A stretch of 64,000 nt of DNA, taken from assembly GCA_016192545.1 (NCBI GenBank), contig JACPTX010000054.1, positions 4,421 to 68,420 on the forward strand, read 5' to 3'. This stretch comes from Candidatus Omnitrophota bacterium (lineage in GTDB: Bacteria; Omnitrophota; Gorgyraeia; Aquiviventales; Aquiviventaceae). The position numbers were made by a program, and so were the translations under genes. Under the pieces are notes generated by a model. That model was not told the DNA's origin and searched no databases. It saw nothing but the letters and a program-made list of their open reading frames with translations. Of the stretch, positions 1-12,852 are shown one piece after another; position 1 is the stretch's first letter; each line of letters begins with the position of its first letter.

Positions 1-577
1 AGACGAGCGCGGTGCCGACCAGGCGGCCGGACATCCTCGGCGCCTGGCCGGGCTGGGCCGTGACGCGGACTTTCAGCCGCGCCTGCCCGCTCTTGAGCGC
101 CGGCAGCCGCTGCGCGAGCACGGGGCTGAGCCGGTCGACCGCGATATCCGTCGTCAGCACGTCCAGCGTCAGGCGATGCGTCTTCAGCCCGTATCGGCCC
201 GACAGGGTCAGCGTCGCGTCACAGGGGGATTGCAGGGTGGCTTTCAGGCGGAAGGATGCCTCGCGGCGGAAGAGGAACGACCACGCGCTGACCTGCACCT
301 GCGCCTCGGGCGCGTCAACCCAGCGCGTCGCGGTCTGCGGGTCCACGGCGGTGACGTCGCGGAGGAGAAACCCCTGCCACCAGGAGTAGCGCATCGCGCC
401 GATGGCGACGTCGAGTGGGAGGTGACGCTCGAATTGGGTTTCCAACCACTCCTTGCCTTGCGTGGAGACCCACTTCGTCAACCAGAGGTGGCCGGCCATC
501 ATGATGCCGCCTGCGCTGAGCAGCAGGATGGCACCGAGCATGATGACACGAGAAAACCGGCGGGTCATGGGGCTCAT
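1..577 (-). CDS. N-terminal part of a membrane-anchored AsmA/DUF748-like protein; the gene runs off the window start
   Basis: The minus-strand frame is open from ATG (complement of 575-577) to position 1. It is absent from the ORF track because no stop lies in the window. My translation, MSPMTRRFSRVIMLGAILLLSAGGIMMAGHLWLTKW..., gives a short tail, one TM helix and then an extended soluble region. The divergent 912-2144 product has the same architecture. Confidence 0.45.
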   Translation of the reverse strand, partial: MSPMTRRFSRVIMLGAILLLSAGGIMMAGHLWLTKWVSTQGKEWLETQFERHLPLDVAIGAMRYSWWQGFLLRDVTAVDPQTATRWVDAPEAQVQVSAWSFLFRREASFRLKATLQSPCDATLTLSGRYGLKTHRLTLDVLTTDIAVDRLSPVLAQRLPALKSGQARLKVRVTAQPGQAPRMSGRLVGTALV

Positions 578-597
578 TATAGCAAAGGCGGGGTAAA

Positions 598-627
598 TTG
601 ACGCTGGCTGTGCCGGGCTGTTACAAT
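598..627 (+). promoter_or_regulatory. sigma70-like promoter for the tRNA-Pro/tRNA-Arg transcript
   Basis: TTGACG (598-603), 18-nt spacer, TACAAT (622-627). A hairpin-rich leader of about 90 nt follows before the tRNA. Confidence 0.5.
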
Positions 628-726
628 GCCTCGACCCTGCTTCGCTCGTGGCCTTGCGGCCCGAGCTTCGCAGCGGCAGGGGTTGCTACGAAGCCGCAGG
701 GCGAAAGCGCCTGCGGCGAAGGAGAA

Positions 727-800
727 CGGGGCGTAGCTTAGTTTGGTAGAGCGCGTGGTTTGGGACCACGAGGTCGCAGGTTCAAATCCTGCCGCCCCGA
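727..800 (+). tRNA. tRNA-Pro (anticodon TGG)
   Basis: Hand-folded cloverleaf: acceptor CGGGGCG/CGCCCCG, anticodon stem CGTGG/CCACG with loop TTTGGGA, T-arm GCAGG-TTCAAAT-CCTGC. Confidence 0.9.
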
Positions 801-820
801 TTCTTTCAAGAACGTGACGA

Positions 821-892
821 GCGCCTGTAGCTCAATGGAAGAGCAGCAGCCTTCTAAGCTGTTGGTTGCAGGTTCGAGTCCTGCCAGGCGCG
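821..892 (+). tRNA. tRNA-Arg (anticodon TCT)
   Basis: Acceptor GCGCCTG/CAGGCGC, anticodon loop CTTCTAA, T-arm GCAGG-TTCGAGT-CCTGC. Confidence 0.9.
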
Positions 893-911
893 TTTCTTAG
901 AAAAGACAGCG

Positions 912-2144
912 ATGGGACTGCGACCAAGCGTGCGGGAACGGGTGCTGATTGCCGCCTTCCTGTTGACGGCGGCGTGGCACGGCCTCTACGGACACCTCCT
1001 GCCATCGTGGGTGCTTCGGCGCGCGCGGCACGCCGTGGGGAACGCGGTGTCCATCGGCGATGTGCGGGTGGGGTTTCCACTCCGGGTGGTGTTCGTGGAC
1101 GTGGCCGCGGCGCGGAGCTCGCCGGGCACGGAGCTGCGGATCCGGCGGATCACCGTCGTCCCGCAGTGGGTGTCATGGGCGCGCCGGACGCTATGGCTGA
1201 GGCGCGTGAGTCTTGATGAGCCGCGATTCCGGATTCAGCGTCTGCAGGAGGGCCGGATTGAGACCCCCCTGGCCGACTTCTCTCAGGCGCTCGCCTCCGC
1301 GCTCCCTGCGGTTCCAGCCTCTGCCGACGCCGGAGAGGCCGGTTCCCAGCCCGTTTGGCATGTCATCGCCGAGACGGTGCAGGTGGCCGGCGGCACGGTG
1401 GAGTTCGTGGATGAGCGGGTCGCCCAGTCGTTCCGCGGGTCGCTGGCGAATCTCTCGTTCGTCGGGGGGCCGTTTGCCGCGCCGCGCGGGACGGACCGGT
1501 TCTCGCTGGCGGTCCAGGGGCGTCTCATCGGCCACCGGGAGCACGCCGCCCCGCTGTACTGTTCCGGTTGGCTGCATCTCGGTGCCAAGGCGCTGGACAT
1601 CTCCTGCCAACTGGAGCCGCTGCCGCTGGCGGCCTTCGAGCCCTACTATGAAGGCCCCTTGAAGGTCCGGGTGTATGACGCGCGCCTGAAGGCGACCGGG
1701 CGGCTGACCGCGCAGGATAACGCCGTGGAGGGACGCATCCAGCTGGAGATCGATCAGCTCAGCGAGGCCGACCTCTCCTTCCTCGGCAAGACGGTGGCCG
1801 ACATCAAAAAGCTGGCCGGGGACTCCCCGCATCCCGTGCTGACCGGGGAGCTGCAGCTCAGCGGGCCGATGGATGTTCCGGCGGACTGGCGCCTGCAATT
1901 GGCGCCCGGCAATGAGATGGTCGAGAACATCCTGGAGCCGTTGTTCAAGCGGCGCGGCGAAGCCGTGAAAATCAAAGTCGGCCAGCAGACGATTGAGGTG
2001 GGCTTGACCCCCACCTCCGATGAGGCCAAGACCGGAATCCAGGAAACCAGCAAGACCGTGCAGGAGACATTGAAGCTCGTCGCCCCGCCTCCGCCGTCTG
2101 AGCCTGCGGCTCCAGCTCCCGTCGAAACCCCGGTTGCTCAATAG
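912..2144 (+). CDS. membrane-anchored hypothetical protein, DUF748/AsmA-like
   Basis: 410-aa ORF with an N-terminal TM segment (VLIAAFLLTAAWHGLY), then a long beta-rich region and a Pro/Ala-rich tail. The functional call rests on architecture only. Confidence 0.55.
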   Translation: MGLRPSVRERVLIAAFLLTAAWHGLYGHLLPSWVLRRARHAVGNAVSIGDVRVGFPLRVVFVDVAAARSSPGTELRIRRITVVPQWVSWARRTLWLRRVSLDEPRFRIQRLQEGRIETPLADFSQALASALPAVPASADAGEAGSQPVWHVIAETVQVAGGTVEFVDERVAQSFRGSLANLSFVGGPFAAPRGTDRFSLAVQGRLIGHREHAAPLYCSGWLHLGAKALDISCQLEPLPLAAFEPYYEGPLKVRVYDARLKATGRLTAQDNAVEGRIQLEIDQLSEADLSFLGKTVADIKKLAGDSPHPVLTGELQLSGPMDVPADWRLQLAPGNEMVENILEPLFKRRGEAVKIKVGQQTIEVGLTPTSDEAKTGIQETSKTVQETLKLVAPPPPSEPAAPAPVETPVAQ

Positions 2145-2172
2145 CGTCCAATCCGCTAAGATTACGATACAC

Positions 2173-2248
2173 GGTGGGCGTAGCTCAGACTGGTTAGAGC
2201 ACCTGGCTGTGGCCCAGGGGGTCGCGGGTTCAAATCCCGTCGCTCACC
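2173..2248 (+). tRNA. tRNA-His (anticodon GTG)
   Basis: Extra 5' G(-1), acceptor GTGGGCG/CGCTCAC, anticodon stem CCTGG/CCAGG with loop CTGTGGC, T-arm GCGGG-TTCAAAT-CCCGT. Confidence 0.9.
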
Positions 2249-2290
2249 CCTCTTCTTCGCCGCAGGCGCTTTCGCCCTGCGGCTTCGAAA

Positions 2291-2803
2291 ATGTCTGACC
2301 TCGACCGCATCCGCCTCAGAACCTTGGGGTGGTCCGTCCTACCCATCACGGTGATGGTCCTGGTGCCGTGGCTGTTGTCCCGGCTGGCGCACGAGACCGT
2401 GGCCTGGCATGGCTCCCCCGGCCAGTGGCTCGGCGCGTGGCTGCTCCTCAACGGACTGGGCGTGATGGGCTGGTGCGTGAACCTCTTCAACGTCGAAGGG
2501 CAGGGCACGCCGCTGCCGCTGGATCCCCCCAGGCGGTTCGTGGCCGGCGGGCCGTATCGCTATGTCCGCAATCCGATGATGTGGGGGCTTTTTCTCACCC
2601 TCGGCGGCGAAGCGTTGCTGTGCCGATCGGCGATCCTGTGGTGGTATCTCGTCCTGATCATCGTGCTGGCGTCTCTGTTCGTCCGGCTCTACGAGGAACC
2701 GGAGCTGACCCAGCGCTTCGGGCCGACGTATGGAGAGTACCGCCGGCAGGTGCCGCGGTGGATTCCGCGCCTGCCCAGACAATCCAGAAGGAGGGAGTCA
2801 TGA
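2291..2803 (+). CDS. isoprenylcysteine carboxyl / phospholipid methyltransferase-family membrane protein
   Basis: 170 aa, multi-TM, with the family-typical GPYRYVRNPMMWG motif. Confidence 0.7.
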   Translation: MSDLDRIRLRTLGWSVLPITVMVLVPWLLSRLAHETVAWHGSPGQWLGAWLLLNGLGVMGWCVNLFNVEGQGTPLPLDPPRRFVAGGPYRYVRNPMMWGLFLTLGGEALLCRSAILWWYLVLIIVLASLFVRLYEEPELTQRFGPTYGEYRRQVPRWIPRLPRQSRRRES

Positions 2804-3183
2804 CGCGTGGCTGGGGAAGAGCAGGTCTCGCCGTTGCCATCGTGCTGTGGAGCCAGGCCGCCTGGGCTGAGCGGCTCGGCATCCACGACATGGCCGAAGC
2901 GCCGCACTACGGAACGAAGGTGACCGGGATGCTGGCCCGCGGGACGCTGAATATCGCCACCGGCTACGTGGACCTCCTCACGCGGATGGTGGACGAGACG
3001 ATGGCGGGTCCACCGGTCATCGGGACGCTGCGCGGCCTCGGGCTGGGGGCCGGGTGCGGCATCCTGCGGATGGGCTCCGGCGTGGTGGACTGGCTGACGT
3101 TCTGGGTGCCGGGGTTCAACGGCGCGCCCGTCGCCGTGTCCTACCGCGACTGCCTGCGCGATGTCCCGCTCCCGACCCTGTAA
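2800..3183 (+). CDS. small secreted protein resembling the exosortase-associated TIGR04073 family
   Basis: In-frame ATG at 2800 overlaps the upstream stop (ATGA). Signal peptide AIVLWSQAAWA. The RGTLNIATGYVDLL segment matches the RG..N...G motif I recall for that family; this is from memory, not a search. Confidence 0.45.
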   Translation: MTRGWGRAGLAVAIVLWSQAAWAERLGIHDMAEAPHYGTKVTGMLARGTLNIATGYVDLLTRMVDETMAGPPVIGTLRGLGLGAGCGILRMGSGVVDWLTFWVPGFNGAPVAVSYRDCLRDVPLPTL

Positions 3184-3201
3184 GCGGGTCGGAAACGGCT
3201 T

Positions 3202-3229
3202 GCCCCGCCCTTTCTAGAAAGGGCGGGGC
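3202..3229 (+). terminator. perfect 28-nt palindromic hairpin after the 2800-3183 gene
   Basis: GCCCCGCCCTTTC/GAAAGGGCGGGGC forms a 12-14 bp GC-rich stem. Only a short T run follows, so terminator function is inferred. Confidence 0.5.
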
Positions 3230-3258
3230 TTGACAGCCCGGCGCCGGAGGCGTAGCAT
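3230..3258 (+). promoter_or_regulatory. sigma70-like promoter of the arsR-gltB unit
   Basis: TTGACA (3230-3235), 17-nt spacer, TAGCAT (3253-3258). Confidence 0.5.
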
Positions 3259-3278
3259 AGTTGCACTGTAGCGCAAAT

Positions 3279-3649
3279 ATGCAACAGCTAAGCCAAGTCT
3301 TCAAAGCCCTGAGCGAGCCGCTGCGGCTGCGGATCATCCGCCAGCTCCTGACCAACGGCCGGGAGGCCTACGGGGAGGAGCTGGCCGGCGCGCTCGGCAT
3401 CCCGCCGTATCAGCTCTCCCGTCATCTCAAGGTGTTGACGGCGACCGGCCTGGTGACGGAACGCCGCGAGGGGCGGTGGGTCTACTACTCGCTCGCGAAA
3501 AACCACGGCCACGGGCAAGTCCTGGTCTCTCTGCGGCCCCTGCTCACTCATGCCAAGCCGCCGAGGCGCCGGAAGATGCGGCGCGCTCGTCAGGCGCTCG
3601 CGCCGGAGCAGGTCAACTGGAATAACGGGCCTGCCATTCCGGGGATGCT

Positions 3650-3653
<4 letters not shown>
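3279..3653 (+). CDS. ArsR/SmtB-family HTH transcriptional regulator
   Basis: LSEPLRLRIIRQLL...ELAGALGIPPYQLSRHLKVL is a winged-helix ArsR signature. I prefer ATG 3279 over the TTG at 3261 because it lies downstream of the predicted promoter. The stop overlaps the gltB start (ATGA). Confidence 0.8.
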
Positions 3654-8128
<4,475 letters not shown>

Positions 8129-8130
8129 AT

Positions 8131-8185
8131 GGGGACGGTTCTATTTTTCTGACCGAACGGAAAAAGAAAAAATAGAACCGTCCCC
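8131..8185. repeat. AT-rich palindromic intergenic repeat (family C, GGGACGKTTCTATTTTT)
   Basis: Arms 8131-8148 and 8168-8185 are perfect 18-nt complements, directly after the gltB stop. Related copies lie at 21287-21338 and, as a half copy, at 11568-11583. Confidence 0.8.
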
Positions 8186-8207
8186 TATTGTCCGTCGGCC
8201 ATTCACC

Positions 8208-9287
8208 ATGACCATCACACACGCACACATCCTTCAGGCCCTCGCACAGGTGCACGATCCCGATCTCCATCAGGACATCGTGTCGCTCGGGTTCGTGAAG
8301 CGCCTGGCGATTGACGGCGGGCGGGTGTCCTTCGCCATCGAGCTCACCACGCCGGCCTGCCCGGTGCGCGACCAGATGAAGGCGCAGGCGATGCAGGCGG
8401 TCCGCGCGCTGCCCGGCGTCACCCAGGTGGACGTCACGATGACCTCGCAGGTGCGTCCGTCGCGTTCCGCTCAGTCGCGCGGGACCAGCCTCATCCCCAC
8501 GATCAAGAACGTCGTCGCCGTCGCCAGCGGCAAGGGCGGGGTCGGCAAATCCACCGTGAGCGCGAACCTCGCCCTGGCGCTGGCCGGGACCGGTGCGCGG
8601 GTCGGACTGATGGATGCCGACGTCTACGGTCCCAGCATTCCGATCATTGTGGGCGTCGGCACCGAGCCGCAGATCACGGCGGAGCGCCGGATCATCCCGG
8701 TTGAGCACGACGGCCTCAAGATCATCTCGATGGGATTCTTCATGAAGGCGGCGGACGCGGTGATCTGGCGCGGGCCCATGCTCCACAAAACGGTCGAACA
8801 ATTCCTGGGCGGGGTCGAGTGGGGCGAGCTGGATTACCTGCTGGTTGATCTGCCGCCGGGGACCGGGGACGTCCAGCTCTCGCTCTGCCAGCTCATCCCG
8901 CTGACCGGCGCGGTCATCGTCTCGACGCCGCAGGACGTGGCGCTCAACGTCGCGCAGAAGGCGATTGCGATGTTCAAGAAGCTCAACACGCCGGTGCTCG
9001 GCGTGATTGAAAACATGAGCGCCTACACGTGTCCGCACTGCGGCAAGCGCGAGGACATTTTCGGGACCGGCGGAGCGCGCAAGTCGGCCGAGCGCATGGG
9101 CCTGCCGTTCCTGGGCGAGATTCCGCTGGCGACGGTGATTCGCGAGACCTCGGATGCCGGGCGTCCCATCGTGCTCAGCGCGCCGGACTCGCCGGCGGCC
9201 AAGGCGTTTATCGCAGCGGCCGAACAGCTCGCCGCCCAAGTCAGCATCCGCGCCATGCAAGGCGAGCCGGTCAAGGTGACATTCTGA
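8208..9287 (+). CDS. apbC: Mrp/ApbC/NBP35-type Fe-S cluster carrier ATPase with N-terminal DUF59
   Basis: Deviant Walker A ASGKGGVGKST, CPHCG motif, and a DUF59-like N-terminus. Confidence 0.9.
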   Translation: MTITHAHILQALAQVHDPDLHQDIVSLGFVKRLAIDGGRVSFAIELTTPACPVRDQMKAQAMQAVRALPGVTQVDVTMTSQVRPSRSAQSRGTSLIPTIKNVVAVASGKGGVGKSTVSANLALALAGTGARVGLMDADVYGPSIPIIVGVGTEPQITAERRIIPVEHDGLKIISMGFFMKAADAVIWRGPMLHKTVEQFLGGVEWGELDYLLVDLPPGTGDVQLSLCQLIPLTGAVIVSTPQDVALNVAQKAIAMFKKLNTPVLGVIENMSAYTCPHCGKREDIFGTGGARKSAERMGLPFLGEIPLATVIRETSDAGRPIVLSAPDSPAAKAFIAAAEQLAAQVSIRAMQGEPVKVTF

Positions 9288-9592
9288 TGGGTGCCCTTCA
9301 CGCGAGGAACGCGCCTCGGCAGCAACTGACCAAGGCGCAGGTGAAGCGCCTTCGCGACTTTCAGAACCTGACCTCGGCGCAGCGGCTGGCCGGGATGGAT
9401 GCCGCTGCGAAGCGATTTTGGAAGGAGCACCCGGAGATTGCAACGCTCGGATCAACCCCAGCGGAAGCCGTCCGGACGTACTGCGCCAGGAAGCGGAAGA
9501 AATTGGAGCTCGAAGTCGTCCGTGATCGGCATGGCCGGCGAACGCTCCGAGTCGTTGAAATGCCCATCTCGAGCATGGGCTCCTGGCAGTGA
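9287..9592 (+). CDS. hypothetical 101-aa protein
   Basis: In-frame ATG 9287 shares one nucleotide with the apbC stop (TGATG). I recognise no family. Confidence 0.4.
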   Translation: MGALHARNAPRQQLTKAQVKRLRDFQNLTSAQRLAGMDAAAKRFWKEHPEIATLGSTPAEAVRTYCARKRKKLELEVVRDRHGRRTLRVVEMPISSMGSWQ

Positions 9593-10089
9593 GCGTGTTG
9601 ATGAGCGCCTGGGGCCGATTCGCAGTCATCGTCATGGGAATGGGGCTGGGGATCGGGATGCGGTCGCAGACGGCCACGGCGTGCAGTTGCGCGGAAGTCT
9701 CGTTTGACGAGGAGGTCGACTCGTCTGACGTCATCTTCGCCGGCCGCGCCGTAGAGGTCCGGCTTCCACCGATGCCATGGTCGGCGGAGGGCGTGATGTC
9801 CACCAGCGATCCGGTGGTGGTGACGTTCGAGGTCAGCCAGGCGTGGAAAGGGGCGGGGGAACTCCTGCTGACCTTGTGGACGAGGCGGGCGTCCTGCGGC
9901 TTTCCGTTCGAGCAGGGACAGGAGTATCTCGTGTTCGCCAATGCGTTTCCCGACTATGGAGGCGACCAGCCCGTGAATGAGCGGCTGCCGCTCATCAGCG
10001 CGGGGTTGTGTTCACGGACGAGCTTGCTCAGCAACGCCGGAGAGGGTGTGGCGCTCTTGAACGCCCGGTCCACTGCGGCCTCCCACTGA
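9589..10089 (+). CDS. secreted TIMP-like (NTR/OB-fold) protein with a predicted mature CSC N-terminus
   Basis: Signal peptide ending TATA, then CSC. Pattern: VIFAGRAVEV ... FEVSQAWKG ... SCGFPFEQGQEYLVFA ... LCSRT. This matches the bacterial TIMP-like family as I recall it. Confidence 0.5.
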   Translation: MSVLMSAWGRFAVIVMGMGLGIGMRSQTATACSCAEVSFDEEVDSSDVIFAGRAVEVRLPPMPWSAEGVMSTSDPVVVTFEVSQAWKGAGELLLTLWTRRASCGFPFEQGQEYLVFANAFPDYGGDQPVNERLPLISAGLCSRTSLLSNAGEGVALLNARSTAASH

Positions 10090-10412
10090 TGATGGAAACG
10101 CTCCCCGTTCCTCTGGAGATCGGGCGGGCGAATCTCTTCGACATCAAGGTGAAGTGGCAGGATGGGCATGAAAGCGTGTATCCCGGCAGGTCCCTGCGGT
10201 TGAATTGTCCGTGTGCGGGCTGCGTGGATGAAGTGACGGGGGAGCGGGTCGTGATTGCTTCGTCCGTGTCGGCCGATGTGAAGCCGCTCGGCATCCAGCT
10301 CGTCGGCAACTACGCGATCAGCATCCAGTGGTCCGACGGCCACCGCACCGGCATCTATGCGTTTGATTTGTTGAGAAAGTTGTGTCCGTGCGCGAACTGT
10401 CGAGTTCAATGA
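10089..10412 (+). CDS. DUF971 domain protein (Fe-S assembly associated)
   Basis: The product reads W.DGH...Y....LR..CPCA.C... and ends QWSDGHRTGIYAFDLLRKLCPC. Its start overlaps the previous stop. Confidence 0.75.
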   Translation: MMETLPVPLEIGRANLFDIKVKWQDGHESVYPGRSLRLNCPCAGCVDEVTGERVVIASSVSADVKPLGIQLVGNYAISIQWSDGHRTGIYAFDLLRKLCPCANCRVQ

Positions 10413-11569
10413 GCCGCATCTACTTGGATTACGCGTCGAGCACGCCGGTGCTGGCGGAAGTGAAACAAGCCATAGCGGCGGCGATGGAGGAGTTCGGCAA
10501 TCCGTCGTCCATCCACGGCGCAGGGCAGCGGGCGCGGGTCGCGCTTGAGCAGGCCAGGGAGCAGGTCGCGGCGCTGATCGGCGCCAGGCCGGAGGAAATC
10601 TATTTCACCTCCTGCGGAACTGAGTCGAACAACTGGGCGGTCCGCGGGCTGCTGACAGGGAACAAGCGCAAGGGGAATCACCTCATCGTGTCAGCCATCG
10701 AGCATCCGTCGGTCCTGTTGCTCGCGAAACGGCTGGAACGCGAAGGGGCTGACGTCACCATCCTGCCGGTGCTGGGCGAAGGGCTGGCGGAGCCGCAGAT
10801 GTTGAAGTCGGCGATCAAACCCACGACCGCGCTGGTGTCCATCATGCATGCCAACGGGGAAATCGGGACGGTCGAGCCGATTGCCGAGCTGGCGCGCGTC
10901 GCGCATGAGGCCGGCGCGCTCTTCCACACGGATGCGGTCGCATCAGTTGGGCACGCGCCGGTGGACGTGAAGGCGCTTGGCGTGGAGGCGTTGAGTCTCG
11001 CGGCGAATCAGTTCTATGGTCCGGCCGGCGCGGCGGCGCTGTTCGTGCGGGAGGGTGTGCGGATTCTGCCGCTCCTCGACGGCGGAGGGCAGGAGCTTGG
11101 CGCGCGCTCCGGCACGGAAAACCTCCTCGGCGTCATCGGGATGGGCGCTGCGGCAGAATTGGCGGGCGCGCAGCTGAGCGATCGGATGGCGCGGCTGAGC
11201 CGCTTGCGCGACCGATTAAAGGAAGGCGTCATGGAGCGCATCGAGCATCTGCGGCTGAACGGCTCATGGACGTCGCGGCTTCCGCATAACCTGCATGTGT
11301 GCGTCGAGGGCGTGTCCAGCGAATCGCTCGTGCTGGGGTTGGACCACGAGGGGATCGCGGCAGGCATCGGCTCGGCCTGCAACTCCAAGGCGATGCGTCC
11401 CTCGCATGTGCTGAAGGCGCTGGGGTTGTCGGATGAGCAGGCGCAGGGCGCGCTGCTGCTGGCGGTCGGGGTGCCGACGACTGACGAGGACATCAGCCGG
11501 TGTCTCGAGGTGCTTCCGCACGTCGTCTCGCGCTTACGGAACGTCACCGCGTTAACCGTAGCTCGATAA
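10409..11569 (+). CDS. cysteine desulfurase (class V aminotransferase, NifS/IscS-like)
   Basis: IYLDYASSTP start, PLP-fold motifs, SACNS active-site loop. ATG 10409 overlaps the DUF971 stop (ATGA). Confidence 0.9.
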   Translation: MSRIYLDYASSTPVLAEVKQAIAAAMEEFGNPSSIHGAGQRARVALEQAREQVAALIGARPEEIYFTSCGTESNNWAVRGLLTGNKRKGNHLIVSAIEHPSVLLLAKRLEREGADVTILPVLGEGLAEPQMLKSAIKPTTALVSIMHANGEIGTVEPIAELARVAHEAGALFHTDAVASVGHAPVDVKALGVEALSLAANQFYGPAGAAALFVREGVRILPLLDGGGQELGARSGTENLLGVIGMGAAAELAGAQLSDRMARLSRLRDRLKEGVMERIEHLRLNGSWTSRLPHNLHVCVEGVSSESLVLGLDHEGIAAGIGSACNSKAMRPSHVLKALGLSDEQAQGALLLAVGVPTTDEDISRCLEVLPHVVSRLRNVTALTVAR

Positions 11570-11583
11570 ATAGAAACGTCCCC
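11568..11583. repeat. half copy (right arm only) of the family C repeat
   Basis: AAATAGAAACGTCCCC lies between the desulfurase stop and the apgM ATG. Confidence 0.5.
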
Positions 11584-11589
11584 AATTTG

Positions 11590-12816
11590 ATGAAGTACGT
11601 GGTGGTGTTACCGGATGGCGTGTCGGACGTCCCCCTCAAGGAGCTGGGCGGCAAGACCCCGCTTGAGGCCGCGAAGCATCCGAACATGGACTGGATCGCC
11701 CGCGAAGGGATCACGGGCTGGGCGCGGACGATCCCGCCGGGATTCGCCCCGGGCTCGGACGTGGGGTGCATGAGCGTGTTCGGCTATGACCCGCGCCGGT
11801 ATCACACCGGCCGCGCGCCGCTGGAAGCCGCGGCCCAGGGCATCGTGCTCACGGATTCACAGGTCGCGTTCCGCTGCAACACCCTGACCGTCGAGCACGG
11901 CGTGATGATCGACCACTCGGCGGACCACATCAAGACCGAAGACTCGGCGCAGCTCATGAAGACGGTGAGCGAGCGGCTCGGCGGCAACGGGGTGCAATTC
12001 CATGCCGGCGTGAGCTACCGCCACCTTGCCATCGTGTCGAGTGATGAGTGTCGAGTGACGAGTGAAGAGCTGGCCAAAATAGAGTGCACGCCGCCGCACG
12101 ACATCCTGGGAAAGCCCATTGACGGCTATCTGCCGAAGGGGCCGGGCTCCGACGTGCTGCGGCGGGTGATGCAGGAGTCCGTCGCGATTCTGGAGGCGCA
12201 TCCCGTGAACCGGCGGCGCGCGGCGGGCGGCCAACATGCCGCGACGATGCTGTGGTTCTGGGGGCAGGGCACGGCGACGGCCTTGCCGGCCTTTCAACAG
12301 GTGTACGGGAAGCGCGGGGCGTGCATCAGCGCGGTGGACATCGTGCGCGGCATCGGGCGGCTGGCCGGCCTGGAGATTTTGCAGGTGCCGGGCATCACCG
12401 GCTATTTCGACACCAACTACACCGGCAAGGCCGCCTATGCGCTCAAGGCGCTCGACGACGGGTTCGACTTCGTCCTGGTGCACGTCGAGTCCACGGATGA
12501 AGCCGGGCACATGGGCGACGCGAAGAAAAAGGTCCAGGCCATCGAGGACGTGGACCGGCTGGTGGCGGGCGCGCTGCTCGAAGGGCTGACGCGGCGCGGC
12601 GAGCCGTTTGGTATCATGGTGGTGCCGGACCATCCCACGGACACCACGCGCAGGACCCACATCCCGGAGCCGGTGCCGTTTGCGGTCTATGCCACGAACG
12701 GCGCGAAGGATGCGGTAGCCGCGTATACAGAATCAGCGGTGAAAGGCTCGTCGCTGAGATTTGAAGAAGGGCATCAATTGATGTCGCGGTTCCTTGGTTG
12801 GGGTCAGACCCCATAA
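11590..12816 (+). CDS. apgM: cofactor-independent phosphoglycerate mutase, archaeal type
   Basis: MKYVVVLPDG..D.P start and the HVESTDEAGHMGD metalloenzyme motif. I prefer ATG 11590 to the extended ORF that starts at 11500. Confidence 0.85.
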   Translation: MKYVVVLPDGVSDVPLKELGGKTPLEAAKHPNMDWIAREGITGWARTIPPGFAPGSDVGCMSVFGYDPRRYHTGRAPLEAAAQGIVLTDSQVAFRCNTLTVEHGVMIDHSADHIKTEDSAQLMKTVSERLGGNGVQFHAGVSYRHLAIVSSDECRVTSEELAKIECTPPHDILGKPIDGYLPKGPGSDVLRRVMQESVAILEAHPVNRRRAAGGQHAATMLWFWGQGTATALPAFQQVYGKRGACISAVDIVRGIGRLAGLEILQVPGITGYFDTNYTGKAAYALKALDDGFDFVLVHVESTDEAGHMGDAKKKVQAIEDVDRLVAGALLEGLTRRGEPFGIMVVPDHPTDTTRRTHIPEPVPFAVYATNGAKDAVAAYTESAVKGSSLRFEEGHQLMSRFLGWGQTP

Positions 12817-12838
12817 TTCTTGAGGGGTCTGACCCCTC
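12800..12838 (+). repeat. family B palindromic repeat (GGGGTCAGACCCC ... GGGGTCTGACCCCTC), short variant
   Basis: Cores at 12800-12812 and 12824-12836. The apgM stop lies inside the element. AAGGAGG (12842-12848) and the pepA ATG follow. Confidence 0.85.
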
Positions 12839-12852
12839 TATAAGGAGGTTTC

